Source: the human T2T-CHM13v2.0 reference genome, Homo sapiens
Assembly: GCF_009914755.1 (NCBI RefSeq)
Contig: NC_060937.1
DNA length: 64,000 nucleotides
Direction: 5' to 3' (one strand)
Below the pieces are notes generated by a model. It searched no databases. It was not told where the DNA came from and was given only the letters and a program-made list of their open reading frames with translations. Position numbers and translations under genes: made by a program. Shown here in pieces: positions 45,193 through 58,826 of the stretch. Positions within the stretch are counted from its first letter, which is position 1; the number at the start of each line of letters is the position of its first letter.

Positions 45193-45669
45193 AGAGAGAC
45201 AGACAAAAGAAAGAGAGAGAGGGAGAGTGCACGGTTTATAATGAGGGATTGGACCAGGTGATTTTTTGGAAGCTGAGAAGTCCCACCATCTGCCATCTGC
45301 CAGCTGAAGGTGTAATTCCAGTCCAACCTCAAAGGCCTGAGAAGCAGAAAAGCCCGTGATGTAAATCCTAGTCTGAGTTCAAAGGTCCACGAACCGGGAA
45401 AGCCGATGAGAAAGGGCAGGAGAGGACGATGTCGCAACTGAAGTAGAGTGTGCAGATTTACACTTTCTCCACTTTCTGTTCTATTCTGGCCCTCAGGAGA
45501 CTGGATGATGCCCACCTACAGTGGGAGGGCTATCTTCCTTATTCAGTCTATGTATGCAAATGCAAATCTCTTCCAGAAACACCCTCACAGGCACAATAAG
45601 AAATAAAACCGTACCGCTTGTCTGGGGCATCCTTTAGCCCAGTCAAGTTGACACATAAAATTAATCATC
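45191..45669 (-). mobile_element. MLT2 (ERVL) LTR
   Basis: gaagctgagaagtcccaccatctgccatctgc...ccagaaacaccctcacag...cagtcaagttgacacataaaattaa. Confidence 0.85.
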
Positions 45670-45967
<298 letters not shown>

Positions 45968-47104
45968 TCATTCAAATGAACAAACTGCTTATTCAAAAAA
46001 ATAAAATTGTACCTCAACTCCTGCCCTCAAATTAAAGGTCAATGCTATGGTTTGGCTAAGGAAATATCATGCATTTTAAAACCCTAATCATACCTCTAGC
46101 CCATTGCTGAAAGGGCATCTACCAATAAAAGTATCTCCAAATGATCTGTTCCTTGAGTTGGTACTCACCTTTATCAGACATTTAGAGGTTTCCTTTCCAC
46201 AGCTATGGTCCTTTTTGGAGCCAGCTGCTGTCATCAAGGGAGAGAGAGTGCTGGCTGCTGACCTGTGGGTGGCCAGACGCTTCTGATACTCTGCTAGCCT
46301 TGGGCTCCTGGCCCTCTTGCTTGAAAGTTGTCCTCAGCCCCTGCAGACAGACGCTCTGGGGCTTGACTGCTCCATTTCTGGACTTCCTTGCCTTCCTCTG
46401 CCCCTGGGAGTCTCCGTCATCTTCACTTTCCTTTATTTGCCGGGCTTCTTCTCCCCCGTGGCTGCTCCCCGGTCCCAAGTTTCCAGAGTTTTTACCTGCT
46501 TCCTGGTGTGCCCAAACTATCTAGTTGAATTTAAGTTTTGTTTCTGAAAAACCCAAGTCTGCAAAATCACATTAAGAACTGATAGTGAGAGTTCTTTCAT
46601 TTAAATTCTTTCCTAAACAAAACAATCCTGCCTTGTTGTTAGGGGTGCCGTCAGCTTAAATATGTAAATGTCCTTCACCTTTCTTGATTTTTAAGGTTTG
46701 TTTTCAGAAAAACAGGAATTGCAACTGGATGGCAAAATGCACATTTCAGCAATACATACAAATTCACATTTATTCCTACACTGGCTATAGAGAATACTCT
46801 GTTCTCCAATGTCTATAAACAGGGCCTGGCTCATAGTTCTAATTAATTAACTTTATTAACTTAGAGCTGAAAGGAGGTGGCAACTTAAGGAAATAAAAAG
46901 CAATAGACCTTGCCCGACTAGTTCCATATAACTGCTTTTTAACTGAAGGTAAAAGAACAGTCACTTACTTATTACATGTAATAAAGCAAAATAGATGCTT
47001 AGACAGACTGCATAGCACAGTCTATTCTCAGCTTATCCACAGAATGTTTTCAAAAAAAGAGAGACAAAAGAAAGCATTTTTTTTCATTTAGTGCAAGTAG
47101 CAAG

Positions 47105-47110
47105 TTTATT
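47105..47110 (-). terminator. DIAPH3: Main (distal) polyadenylation signal AATAAA of DIAPH3
   Basis: AATAAA on the minus strand, probable cleavage ~20 nt later (~47085), followed by a U/GU-rich element tgctttcttttgtctctctttttt. Confidence 0.85.
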
Positions 47111-47945
47111 TCCTTTGATATAGAATTAACAGAGTAATGATGCCCAAATGAGGTAATATTACATTTGCTTAGGAAAACTTTCCTTGAAACACTTATTTAG
47201 ATCTTTGTTAAAGTTATTGATTGTCAGATCAGAGAAATTGCAATCCCAAGTTTATTCATAAAATAAAAAAAGTTGTTACTTTGGAAATTTCAAAATGGCA
47301 ATTTTATCTCAGAGTCATAATTACAAGGGGAAAAATACTCTCTTAGCCAAGATCAAGAATTTCGGCAGCACTGCAATTCTGTTTACATCCACGTTACACA
47401 AAAGCACATGCATTTGGCAAAGAGAGTGCATACATTCTTATTGCATCATTTTTCGTTATGTGCTCAATTGCCTTATGGTCCCCTAGAGGGTCTACTTAAC
47501 ATGAATTCAACAATGATGATAATGGGGTCACCAGTCATTTCCTTACATATATAGCTCTGATGTATTCAATTACATGTTTTTGATGTTGTGCTGGTAGTAT
47601 ATAGATCCCAATTAAGGAGAAACTTGGGCCTATATAAACAATATATATGGAATATACATGGATATGTAAAGACTTGAGGTTGATGACCTGACATCCATTA
47701 ATGTTAAAAATAGTAAAGTAAAAATTCCAGTGGCTTAGAAAGATGGTATTTTCTTAAGGACACACTGCTGAACACATGGCCACCTACCTGCTCTCTAAAG
47801 CAATATGTATAATTTAACCACCAAATAAAGAACTGAGGAATACCAGGAGACAAAAAAAAAAAAAAAAAGGATTAAAGCCCGGTACAATCTTGAATAAACC
47901 AAAACCTCCAGTACATAGAAAAAGCATTGCATTCATATATTTAGC

Positions 47946-47951
47946 TTTATT
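47946..47951 (-). terminator. Candidate proximal poly(A) signal in the DIAPH3 3'UTR (another AATAAA at 47256-47251)
   Basis: AATAAA ~130 nt after the stop, followed by U/GU-rich gctttttctatgtactggaggttttggtttatt. Confidence 0.4.
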
Positions 47952-48078
47952 TTTCTAATATATATCATAATTTAAAACTATATAAAGTCACTTACATAAA
48001 AGCAATTTTTTCAAGTGTTATAGTTTAGAGCATGGCTTTATATTTGGCTTAATCATTTTTTTTAAAAACCAGTTTAAC

Positions 48079-48341
48079 TTATAAAGCTCGTAATCTTGCC
48101 AGCAGGGCTTCAACTTCGGGAACTGATTCATTTTTAGAAAAAGAGCCAAGAAGTTCCGTTTCCTTTTTTCTGTTGCTTTCTACATTACACGCTTCCTTCT
48201 TCTCAGCTGCCTTGATCCTCCCAGTAGACGTATGAGTGTCTAGATTATAATTAAGCTCCTTGGCGACTGGAGTCCTTGTTGAGTTGCAATTGATATTGTA
48301 GTGTGAACGTGACCCTTCTGTCAACTGCACTTTCTGATTTT
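48079..48341 (-). CDS. DIAPH3: Terminal coding exon of protein diaphanous homolog 3 (mDia2), C-terminal 87 residues including the leucine-rich NES
   Basis: Minus-strand acceptor tcttttttccttactgtAG ends at 48342. The exon reads G|AA AAT CAG = ENQKVQLTEGSRSHYNINCNSTRTPVAKELNYNLDTHTSTGRIKAAEKKEACNVESNRKKETELLGSFSKNESVPEVEALLARLRAL*, recognised as the DIAPH3 C-terminus following the DAD. TAA is at 48081-48079. Phase-1 junction, 263 nt. Confidence 0.96.
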
Positions 48342-48559
48342 CTACAGTAAGGAAAAAAGAAACATAAAACTTATCACCATGATAACCAAGGACTGTGCAC
48401 GTTATGAAACACATTTAAAATAATTATTCTCAATAAATAAGTAGTCTTCTTAGATAGACTAAACAAAGAAACAGTCAACAGAGTAAGACAGGTTTAAAAT
48501 AATCACACAGGGGTTTAAGAATAAACTAAAATATAACAGCCAACCGTTTCATTAGCACT

Positions 48560-48925
48560 AATGCCCATTTCCTTCTTCCTTTATGCCTGACATGCCTGTC
48601 ACGTGGTTATTATCAGGGCCTGGTCCCATATTTCTTTCAGGTCTCTGTTCAAACACCACCTAAAAAGAGAGGCCTTCCCTAGCCACCCATCTAAAATAAC
48701 ATTTGCCCTTTGCACTGCTCTATCCTTCCCCGTCATGTTTTCCTTCACAGGGCACATGATGGCTGGACACACAATATATTTGCTCACTTGTCCATTGTCT
48801 GTCTTACTAGAATGTGTGCTCCAAGACAGTAGGGACATTATTTTAAATACTGCTGTAACTTCAGGGCCTAAAATGGCCCTGGTGCAAAGTAGGTCCTCAA
48901 TAAATATTTGTTGGATAAATAAATA
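48560..48925 (+). mobile_element. L2 3' end
   Basis: gagaggccttccct...ctagaatgtgtgctcc...gtaggtcctcaataaatatttgttggataaat. Confidence 0.75.
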
Positions 48926-50307
48926 ATTTCCACACTCTGTGACACAAGATTAAACATTAGCTTGAATAATAATGAGATTAATTTCCTTTTTGAATGAAAT
49001 CAAGAAGGAAAGTTTCTAATAAGAATTTAAAAAGTCGATTATTTTCCTTTAAAGAAACAATGAACTTGGCAAGCAAATAATTAAAACTTCCTAGCAAACC
49101 AGAATGTTATATGTAATTGTCAAGTATATACACATCTATACATACATGCATGTACATATATACATACACACATACATTCTTTTATTGGTAAGTGATGGTA
49201 ATGATGACTTTTAAAAAACAGACACCCTCAATATTCATGTAACCTTGAATGGGGCTTGAAAATGGCTTCAACAAACCTGACATGACATTTAAAGTTTTTT
49301 GGTTATTCTCTGAGAGATGTTCCATTGTCCCAATAGTAATGACTTTGGAGCACAAGCAGTCACTCATGACAGTGTGTTTTATGTGAGTGCTGAAAATTCC
49401 AACTGAAAACAGCTTGTACATTAAAAGGTGGCTGCTGAAGATATTTACTGCACTGTCATTTTCTGACCAGAGGCTTCCAGTGATGGATGAGGATTTTACA
49501 CACTTTCTTGGACAATCTCAACAAATTTTAGAAGTATGATCACCTTTTAGCTGCTGGAAGAAAATAAATACACTTTGTCTTTCACCTTCTATATCAGGTG
49601 GGCAACTGTTACTCAAAAATCAAAATCTAATAGAGCAGTGATTTTCTCTTAAAGGAGTGTATGCTCTGTAGCTTATAATGTACATATTGTGTTTGCCGGA
49701 AAGAGCACGGTAGATGTGGTATTCCTGCAGTTCCTATGACCACATCCTTTTCTTTTCTAGCTCCCACACCTCTGTCCCAAAGAATGCTTGAAAACTGCAT
49801 TTGCAGCTAAATGTAGAATGTTGGCCAGCTTACTGCTCCTTCCCCAAAATGTTCCTATCTTTGCTTATTTGATTTCCTGCAAACCACTACATCATGATGG
49901 TATCTCCAACAAACCAGTTTATTCTGCTATTGGACAACTCTAGTTAAAAGTCTAATGGCAAAGAAGAGATTAAATTAGCCAAAATATGGGTATAGAATAT
50001 GAAATGTGTGTGTGCGTGTGTGCGCGTGTCCATGTATGCACTCCAAGAAAGTAGGGACATTGTTTTAAATATTGCTATAGCTTTAGTGCCTAGACCGTCC
50101 TTGGTGCAAAGTAGGTGCTCAATAAATATGTGTTGGGTAAAGAAATTATTTCCATACTCTGTGACACAAGATAAACTTTAGTTTGAATACTAATGACATT
50201 AATTTCTTTCTTGAACGAAACCAAGAAGGAAAGTTTCTAATCAGAATTTTTAGTCAGTGGTTTTCCTTCAGAGAAATAATGAACTTGGTAGGCAAATTAT
50301 TAAAACT
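48819..50307 (+). repeat. Direct duplication of ~270 bp (48819-49088 and 50041-50307), each copy followed by a TA/CA microsatellite
   Basis: Alignable end to end (ctccaag...tctgtgacacaagat...caagaaggaaagtttctaat...ttaaaact), roughly 80% identical by eye. Confidence 0.92.
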
Positions 50308-51064
50308 ATATATATACACATATATATATATGTATGTATACACACACACACACACACACACAAAACACATACATACATACCATCTTATGAATAGCCTGTA
50401 TTTTGTTGCACTTCAAACATTACCACCCTCAGCATATAGATTGAGGGGTAAAAGCAAAAGGAGGTTAAGTCATTTGCTTAGACTTAGTTACTGAGTAAAT
50501 CGGTGGTAGACGCCAAATGCTGTCTCTAGAGATACTGAGGCTGTCTTCAAGAAATCTGAAAACCCTTTTGCCAAAGGAAAGTGCTAAGTAATTCAAAGCT
50601 AAGTTTCATAATAATGGTGTCCTGCACTTATACTTCAAAATGCCTTCTAACACACTGAATTCTCGCAACAGCTTTGTAAAGCAGATAGTACACCTATGTA
50701 AACTACCTTAACACAGTATATCCAAGGTCACACATATCCTCCATTTCTTTCCTGGTCTCACTTAGATTCATGACTATGAACTTCGAAAGCATGACCTTTA
50801 ACCCACTACAATTCCCTAGTCCATTCACTCTTCCATTCTCCCAGACAACTGCTCCACACCTTCTCCACTCTTTGAAACTTCCAATATGTCCTCCCTCTCA
50901 TTTAACTCACTCATAGAGGTGATCAGAAGAGAGCTCCTGCACATGCCTCACCCCTTCCCCAACACCTATTATCTGCCTACTGCACACACATACATCCGCC
51001 CCTCCTGTTAGGATGAATCAACCTTCCGAGCTCCCCTCTGAGGACAGCCCTCAAGGTGAGTGAC

Positions 51065-51098
51065 GGATGTGACTTTTGCTTGGATGTGACTTTTGCTT
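51065..51098 (+). repeat. Exact 17-bp tandem duplication ggatgtgacttttgctt x2
   Basis: Read directly from the sequence. Confidence 0.95.
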
Positions 51099-51999
51099 GT
51101 CTATTCAAGGACATCCCTCTGGCTGCTTTGCCCTCTCTCTGCTGCATTGTAAAGGTTTCTTTCTCCAGGTGCTCATTCCCCTCAGCAGAGAGGCTCTAAT
51201 AATCATAAATTTATGAGGTGGGGGGAATCTCTGTTTGTCTCCACATCCTGCTCCAGCTATCTAAATTCTTGGCTCCCTTTATAGTAAAATACCTTGAAAG
51301 AATTGCCCATACTTACTCTCTTAATTCCTCGCTCCCTATTTTTCTCTTGAACCCACTCCAATCATGCTTTTGACCCTTTACTCTTCTGAAACAGTTCTTG
51401 TCAAGGTCGCTAATGAACATGCATGCTGCCAAAAACAAGGATTGCATATCTATTTTGAATGTCTTAGTACTCCTTGATCTATACCAGATCCAAGGATGAA
51501 ATGCCTAGCATTTCCTGGGTTTTTCTTTTAGCGTTTGGTCTTTGAACTTCTTTGGAGACAAAGGTAAATAATAATGGATGGGCCAAGGCAGGCAAAAGCA
51601 TTTCTATCCTTTTGAGAAAACTCAAAATAGCTGTGGGCTTGCTTTAGGGACAAAATGATAAGAGAAAAACTAAGATGGTATTTATCTCCTCTGTGGTTTC
51701 AGGTGAGGAATCTTTCATGAGAAGTAACAGACAAGACAGTGTAAAAAGGAAAGAGGCCATTCCTGAGACCACTGAAGAAATAAAAAAGAAAAGTGCACAA
51801 GAGTTTTTTAAAAGATGTTTATAGCTTTCTTAGAAATTCCTAGATAACAACTCTTCATTCCCAGCCCTCACATTAGCTCTCAGCACCCCAACAGCCCCCA
51901 TTCTGGTCCTCACCTTCTTTTTGGTTTGTCTCCAGACATGGGAGACCAAAACTGTAGAAATGAGCAAGTCAGATCTTAAACTGCAAAGCAGATAAATGA

Positions 52000-52378
<379 letters not shown>

Positions 52379-54906
52379 GGAAGTTCACTTTTTTAAAGCC
52401 TGGCAACAAAGCCAGGCTGGGGATAAGCTATCTACCCGCCTCAGCGTCACAAAGTGCTGGGATTACAGGTGTGAGCCACTGTGCCTGCTGACCCCAGAAG
52501 TTCACTCTTATATAGAAATCTTATTATAATGTGTCAAGGCCAGGTGTCTTTTGTTATCACCATTATTTTAAAGTTTGTTATTGGTGGCTTTGTGTGGGCT
52601 GGAGACCTAAATTCCATGCAAAAACATGCACTTAGTTTCTAAATGGTTGACTTTCAAACAACAGAGTGATCCCACAACCTTGTAAGTTGGAGAAAACTCT
52701 ATACTCTACCAGGTGCTCAGAGGCATAAATAAATTGTAATTTGAGGCAGGTAGGCCAATTCTTTTCATATGAAGTTAGACAGTTACAAATGCAAGATGAT
52801 ACCTAGGACATATGGACTCAATGAAAGGTAAGGCTGGGGTATCAATAAAAAGACAAGCGTTTCTATTTCTCAACTCAACTCTTCACCATACACACTTTTA
52901 AATGGAAACTAAAAATATTAAGGCAAAGAGGGATGATTAATTCTTCAAGGTGAGGAGTTTGTTTTATTATTTTACAAATTGAATCCTAGGCCTTTTTTTT
53001 CTGTTTAAGATATTACAATTGATCTCTATGTGCAATATATCTAGGACTACTGCCAATATTCAGGGCCACTGTTGATTGTAGTACTGATAGGCAAAGAACC
53101 AGCTGCTATTCTTAGTACCAATTCAGTAAGAAAATGCAATCCACACATCTTGTATTTGTGTTTCTGTGGAAATAAACACGATGAGAATACATGCTATTTT
53201 CCTTTAAGATAGGAATACTTACTCATTTCAATTTAATTCTTCATAGGATTCTTACTATAAGAATTGAATCTAGAGACCCACCACAGCTTTTTCTTTGAAA
53301 CTGAACTAAAAGTTGAACGTTGTTGGAGAGCTGAATGCCTCTTAAATACTGATACCCACTGGACTTAAAAATGAGAATAAAGGCCTTAAACTACATCTAG
53401 TGTTGGGTCCCACATGATCTTTGGCAGAGTATAGATTTGGATGACAAAGAAAGCTTAAAAAAACTCATTCATCCTGTGCTAATATTTCCACTGTTTCTTG
53501 AGAAACACAAAAGACACAGGAAACTGGGAAAGTTGCTGACAAAAGAATTATGTATATATATGTGAATATATGCAACTTGGCATCTAAATGAGGAAATATT
53601 TCAGCCAACAGTTGTTATGCTTCTTGAGCTAAGAAGGCAAGGCTAACTAAGGCCCTGGCGGACGGCCCTTGGGGAAGACTTCTCTGCTGCAGGAAGTATC
53701 AGTTATGGTTCAGAAAGAGGCATTATTCCTTTGAAGTTAGTATTGATCCCCCCTCACATTGTGGTTCTAATGGGCACTGGCTTCTTAGGAGTGCCAACTC
53801 TCAGATGAAGTATAAAATTGAGCTCCTGTCTTTTGTGGTCAATGGTGAGTTGTGGCAGCCTTGACAGGAGGAAGAATGTAGAACTCTGGTGTCCTAAATT
53901 GACTCCATCTATTCAGTGTTCCTGAAATTTGGTCTCTCCTCGCAATTCTTTACCTTTTGTTTTTAACTATTACTTTGACCTACTAAGTAGCTGTTTTGTT
54001 TCACCCCAGCAATGGCTTTACTTTGGTGAAAGAAAAAGAATCACTCATAAATATAATTTTAAAGCACCACTGGGTCTACATGATAGTAAAGTGTGTGACA
54101 AATATATGTTTTTAATCTATGCAATAACGGAAGTTAGTGGTGGCCGCCAGCAGCCCATATCCCTGTGGTTTTCCTTATTGCTGATTTACTGATGCTATTA
54201 ATAATTGTCTTCCTTTGGTTTCATTTCGCTGTTTATCTTATGTATTGAAAATATATAAAAATAATTCAAAGAGCAAAAGGTCATTTTGCATATAGTTAAA
54301 ATCTTTTAGGGGTGCCAGAAACTCTTATTAAAACAAATTATGTAAAAACAAACAACTAAACAAAACAATACTCCCCCTATCTAAACACAGTATGCAAAGC
54401 AGAATATAATGATATCTTTGAATAGAGGAAACAACTGATGAAGAACTTTATTTGCAGAAACTATTATATAAACTTCTATTCATTCTTGTTCTGTATCACT
54501 ATCCTTTAAATAAAATTCAAAGACAGTACTGCCATTTCACAGTTTCCTATGCTGAGTTTTTCTAATTGAGTGTAGGGCTACAAGGAAGCTCAAGATGACG
54601 CAGGCTCTGTGCACACAACAACCAGGATAGGTTCAGCCTCTAAAGAGAACAGTAACGTAAACTCTTCTGTTTGACTGCTTATCTTCCTGATTTGTAATAT
54701 GCTACCTGAGTTGGATACTCTTTTCCATATCTGCTTTCCTCTTTTTCATCTCTCCCCTCAATTCTTAGCAATTCTAATTTGGCTTTCATCCATACCTCTC
54801 TATTGAAATTGCTCCTTACAATATTACCCAAAGCATCGAAATTCCTAAACTCAATTGCATTTACTCATGCCTCTTTTTTCTCTCACATTTGCAACATTTT
54901 GGAATG

Positions 54907-55640
54907 TGTGTAATAAAGAATTCATCTGGTCTTTGTCCCAGTCCCTGGGAGGTGGCCTCTAAAGCCTTGGAATTTTGTATTCATGTTGGGCCCCTCAGAT
55001 GAATAGTTTGAAACCCTAAACTGATAGTTTTTGCTAATGAGGTAACTCATGGTGGGCCCCTAGATAGTTTATAGTAATGAATGACTCAGGATGGGGGTTA
55101 ACCAAGCCAGAAAGACCAATCATGTGATTAGAGGGTTGGGGTTTTGAGCCAAATGATTATCAGCCTGATTTCTGAGTGAGAGATGGGTACGGGAGCTTGA
55201 GCTCAATCATGTGGCTGATGATTCAACTAATTGTGCCTAAGTAACAAAGCCGCAGTGCAAACTCAAGACACTGATGTTCAGGTGAGTTTTCTGGTTGGTA
55301 ATCCTCTGTGCATCCTTACACATCAATGTGCAGGGAGGCTGATGCGTCCCTAAGGACAATAGGGGCTTCAGGTGTCTCTCCTTTGGCTGTTTCTGATTTG
55401 TATTCTTTTGCTATAATAAAGCTGTAACAGGAAGTATAGTACTTTCCTGAATTCTGTCATTCTAGCAAATTATTGAATTTGAGAGGGTAGTAGGAAGCAC
55501 TGAATTTGTAGCCAAGTGATCAAAAGTGAGGGTAACCTAGGGACCTCAAATTTGCAGCTGGTACTGAAGTGAAGGCAATCTTTTAGAGGACTGTGACCTG
55601 TGAAATCTGGCTTAACTTCAACTAGCTGGTGTTAGAAGTC
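54907..55640 (+). mobile_element. MER21-like LTR
   Basis: gctaatgaggtaactcatggtgggcccctagatag...ccagaaagaccaatcatgtgattagagggttgg...gctataataaagctgta...ctagcaaattattgaa. Confidence 0.7.
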
Positions 55641-56555
55641 AATGTAGAATGTTATTTGTGACTTTGAACATTATTATGGCATAATATCGATATGATCATA
55701 TTACCTTTATATATGGCTATTCTATAGCTTGCAAACACTTTCCCCATATATCCACTCATGTGATTCTTATAACAGCCCTGTGAGATAGGTAATATGGGTA
55801 TATTTAGTATATTTACCTTGTTTGACATAAAATTGAGAAAGCAGACATAACTTTCAGGCAGAGCCAGAGACAGAACTAAGTCCTCAGACTCCTGGTTAAC
55901 ATGCTCTATCATGATATTGCCCTTGACTGTGCTTACTCTTCTACTTTTCGATGATTCATTTTAAACCTTCTTTGGTAATTTGTGCTACCTTCCCAACCTC
56001 TACCAAACAATCATAACCTCAACGTGGCCATTTCTCACAGTTACATCTTTGGCCCTCTTTTCTGCCCTTTCTACCTTCTCTCCATCACGATCTCACAGCT
56101 TCAACTATTTCCTCTAGGAAGAAGACTCAAATCTGCATTTCCAGCCCTGACAACAGAGCTCCAATACCGTATCCACCATGGCCTCCCTAAACATTCCTAC
56201 ATATGCCCTACTACTACTTCAAATAACACATTCTCAAACCACACTTTCATGCTCTTCATACTAACAGACTGAAACCAACCATGGCATCTGTTTATCAGTC
56301 ATGCTATCTGTTATTGACAGCTGTCTCAGACTACTAAGCACTTGTGGTCACCTGGAGGTGGCTTGGCAGATATTAAATAAATATTTCTAAAGTGTGTAAT
56401 GGCTTGTCAGCTAATAGATACCAGGTCAGAAGTAATTTGATCAGTTGATCTGGTGGTTCATAAGGGAAAGGGTAGAGAAATAATACAGGGATATGGTTTG
56501 ACAGTATACTTATTAAACACATACTACATACCTGATAAAACTTTTACATGCTATC

Positions 56556-57133
<578 letters not shown>

Positions 57134-58826
57134 TATTTTAAAATTTTTACAACAATCCCAAAGTGCAGGTATCAACAAGCCCATTTTGTAGATAAGGAAG
57201 TTGAGGTTTAGAGAAGTCCATGAACTGCCAAGGCCACACAGGCTTTGCTATTTGCCTCTGGCAAATTCAGTCCAAATCGTTGGCCCTCATGGTTCTGGGG
57301 GAACATGATTAGGCCATGGCAAATAGACATGTTGTGAAATGGAAAAAGCACTTCCCAAGGATGAAGAGGCTGGGGAGAGGTAGATTCCGAGTGCTAATAA
57401 CTTGCGAGCTGTATTAGAAACTAACTAGCTAACTATTTTTAAATACTTTAGGACTAGAACATATTTCTGAAGCCATTTCTAAGTCTCATCACATAGTGTG
57501 CTTTTAAGTATATTTCCTTATTTCTTATACTTCTTCAACATTTATTAGACATTTCGAATGCACAGGTATTTCTTCTGAATAACTTATGCTATTTCTGTTT
57601 CATTTCATTTTGATTCACAGAATCATGTAATGTAGAATCAAATGGAAAGACCCCTTGTTACTTGGTGGAACCACCTAGCCAATGCTCGAATTACATTTAG
57701 TTAGCATCCTATCAAGTAGCTATCCAGACTCAGTTTGAAGACCTCGAGTCATTTCCTCACAATCTCATCAGGCAATATATTCTACCTTTGGTCAGCTCTA
57801 ATAATTACATGTTTTACCTTAGATTTATCCAGTGTTTGTTTCCCTGAAATCTTAGTCACTGGCTCTGTTGATTTTTTCCATTAGGGCTGTATTAAATCCA
57901 ATTCCTCTTCCACCCACCAGCCCTTCAAATATTTGAAGACAGATATTATATTCTCTCAATCTTTTCTTCTCCAAGCCAAACAGCTATAGTTTCTTCAACT
58001 GTTCCTTCAGTGATCATGAGTTGAAATTATGGTTAAGTCAGTTCATTAGTTAATTCAGTGAGGGTTTAGCCCACCATGCCAGGTGCTAAGTTTTTGAAAC
58101 ATTTAAGATCCTGTCATTTCTATAATGAACATGCAAAACAATATTCACTTAGTAGTTCAAAATTCTGGGGAAAAGCTAAAGCTAACTAGGGTGTGCAGTA
58201 CTGTAAAACAATACAATTATATGTTCATAGACTCCTAAAAAATTTCCATGTAGACTTAATACTTCAGGTTGATTTTTGATATGCATTTAATAAGAATCTG
58301 CTTAAAATAATGTTTTTATTCATTAGAGAATTCAGTCCTGGGATACATTTGTGTTTATAACTGTTTTATAACAAAATAATTTTATGTATGACTATATACA
58401 TAGAAATGTTCCTTTACTTCTCCCTGGCCTATTACTACATATATACTACATTAGCCATATCTAAACATAGCAATATGTTCAAGTAGTAAGAAATCTAATT
58501 CATATCCATCTAATTGTGACCTAACTTGATAGAACATAAGCTCTATGAAGGCAGGTATCTTGTTTTATTCACTGGTGTATTCCCAAGCCCTAGCACAGTG
58601 CCCACCTCATAACAAGTTCTTGATAATTTATTTCCTGAGTGACTAAACCCAAGCATGGCATGATTTTATTACCTTGCTTCACTTAATGTTTTAAACTAAA
58701 CCTTAAAAAAAAAGGGAACACTTTGGAGTAATATTACCCAGATACAGCTGATGACATAACATTTTGCTTTATTGTACATTTTTTTGTGCTTTTGGGTCCC
58801 TTGAGGACTCAACATTGAGACTAGAA

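Larger units (their letters stand above)
47085..48078 (-). other. DIAPH3: DIAPH3 3'UTR (~1 kb)
   Basis: Repeat-free AU-rich sequence between the stop codon and the distal poly(A) site. It has a U17 tract at 47868-47852. The 3' end is approximate. Confidence 0.85.

Noticed and set aside
48342-48414. N-terminal part (MCFITC...FFLTV) of the 111-aa track ORF
   Set aside because: It is the intronic polypyrimidine tract/acceptor read in frame. True coding starts at 48341.
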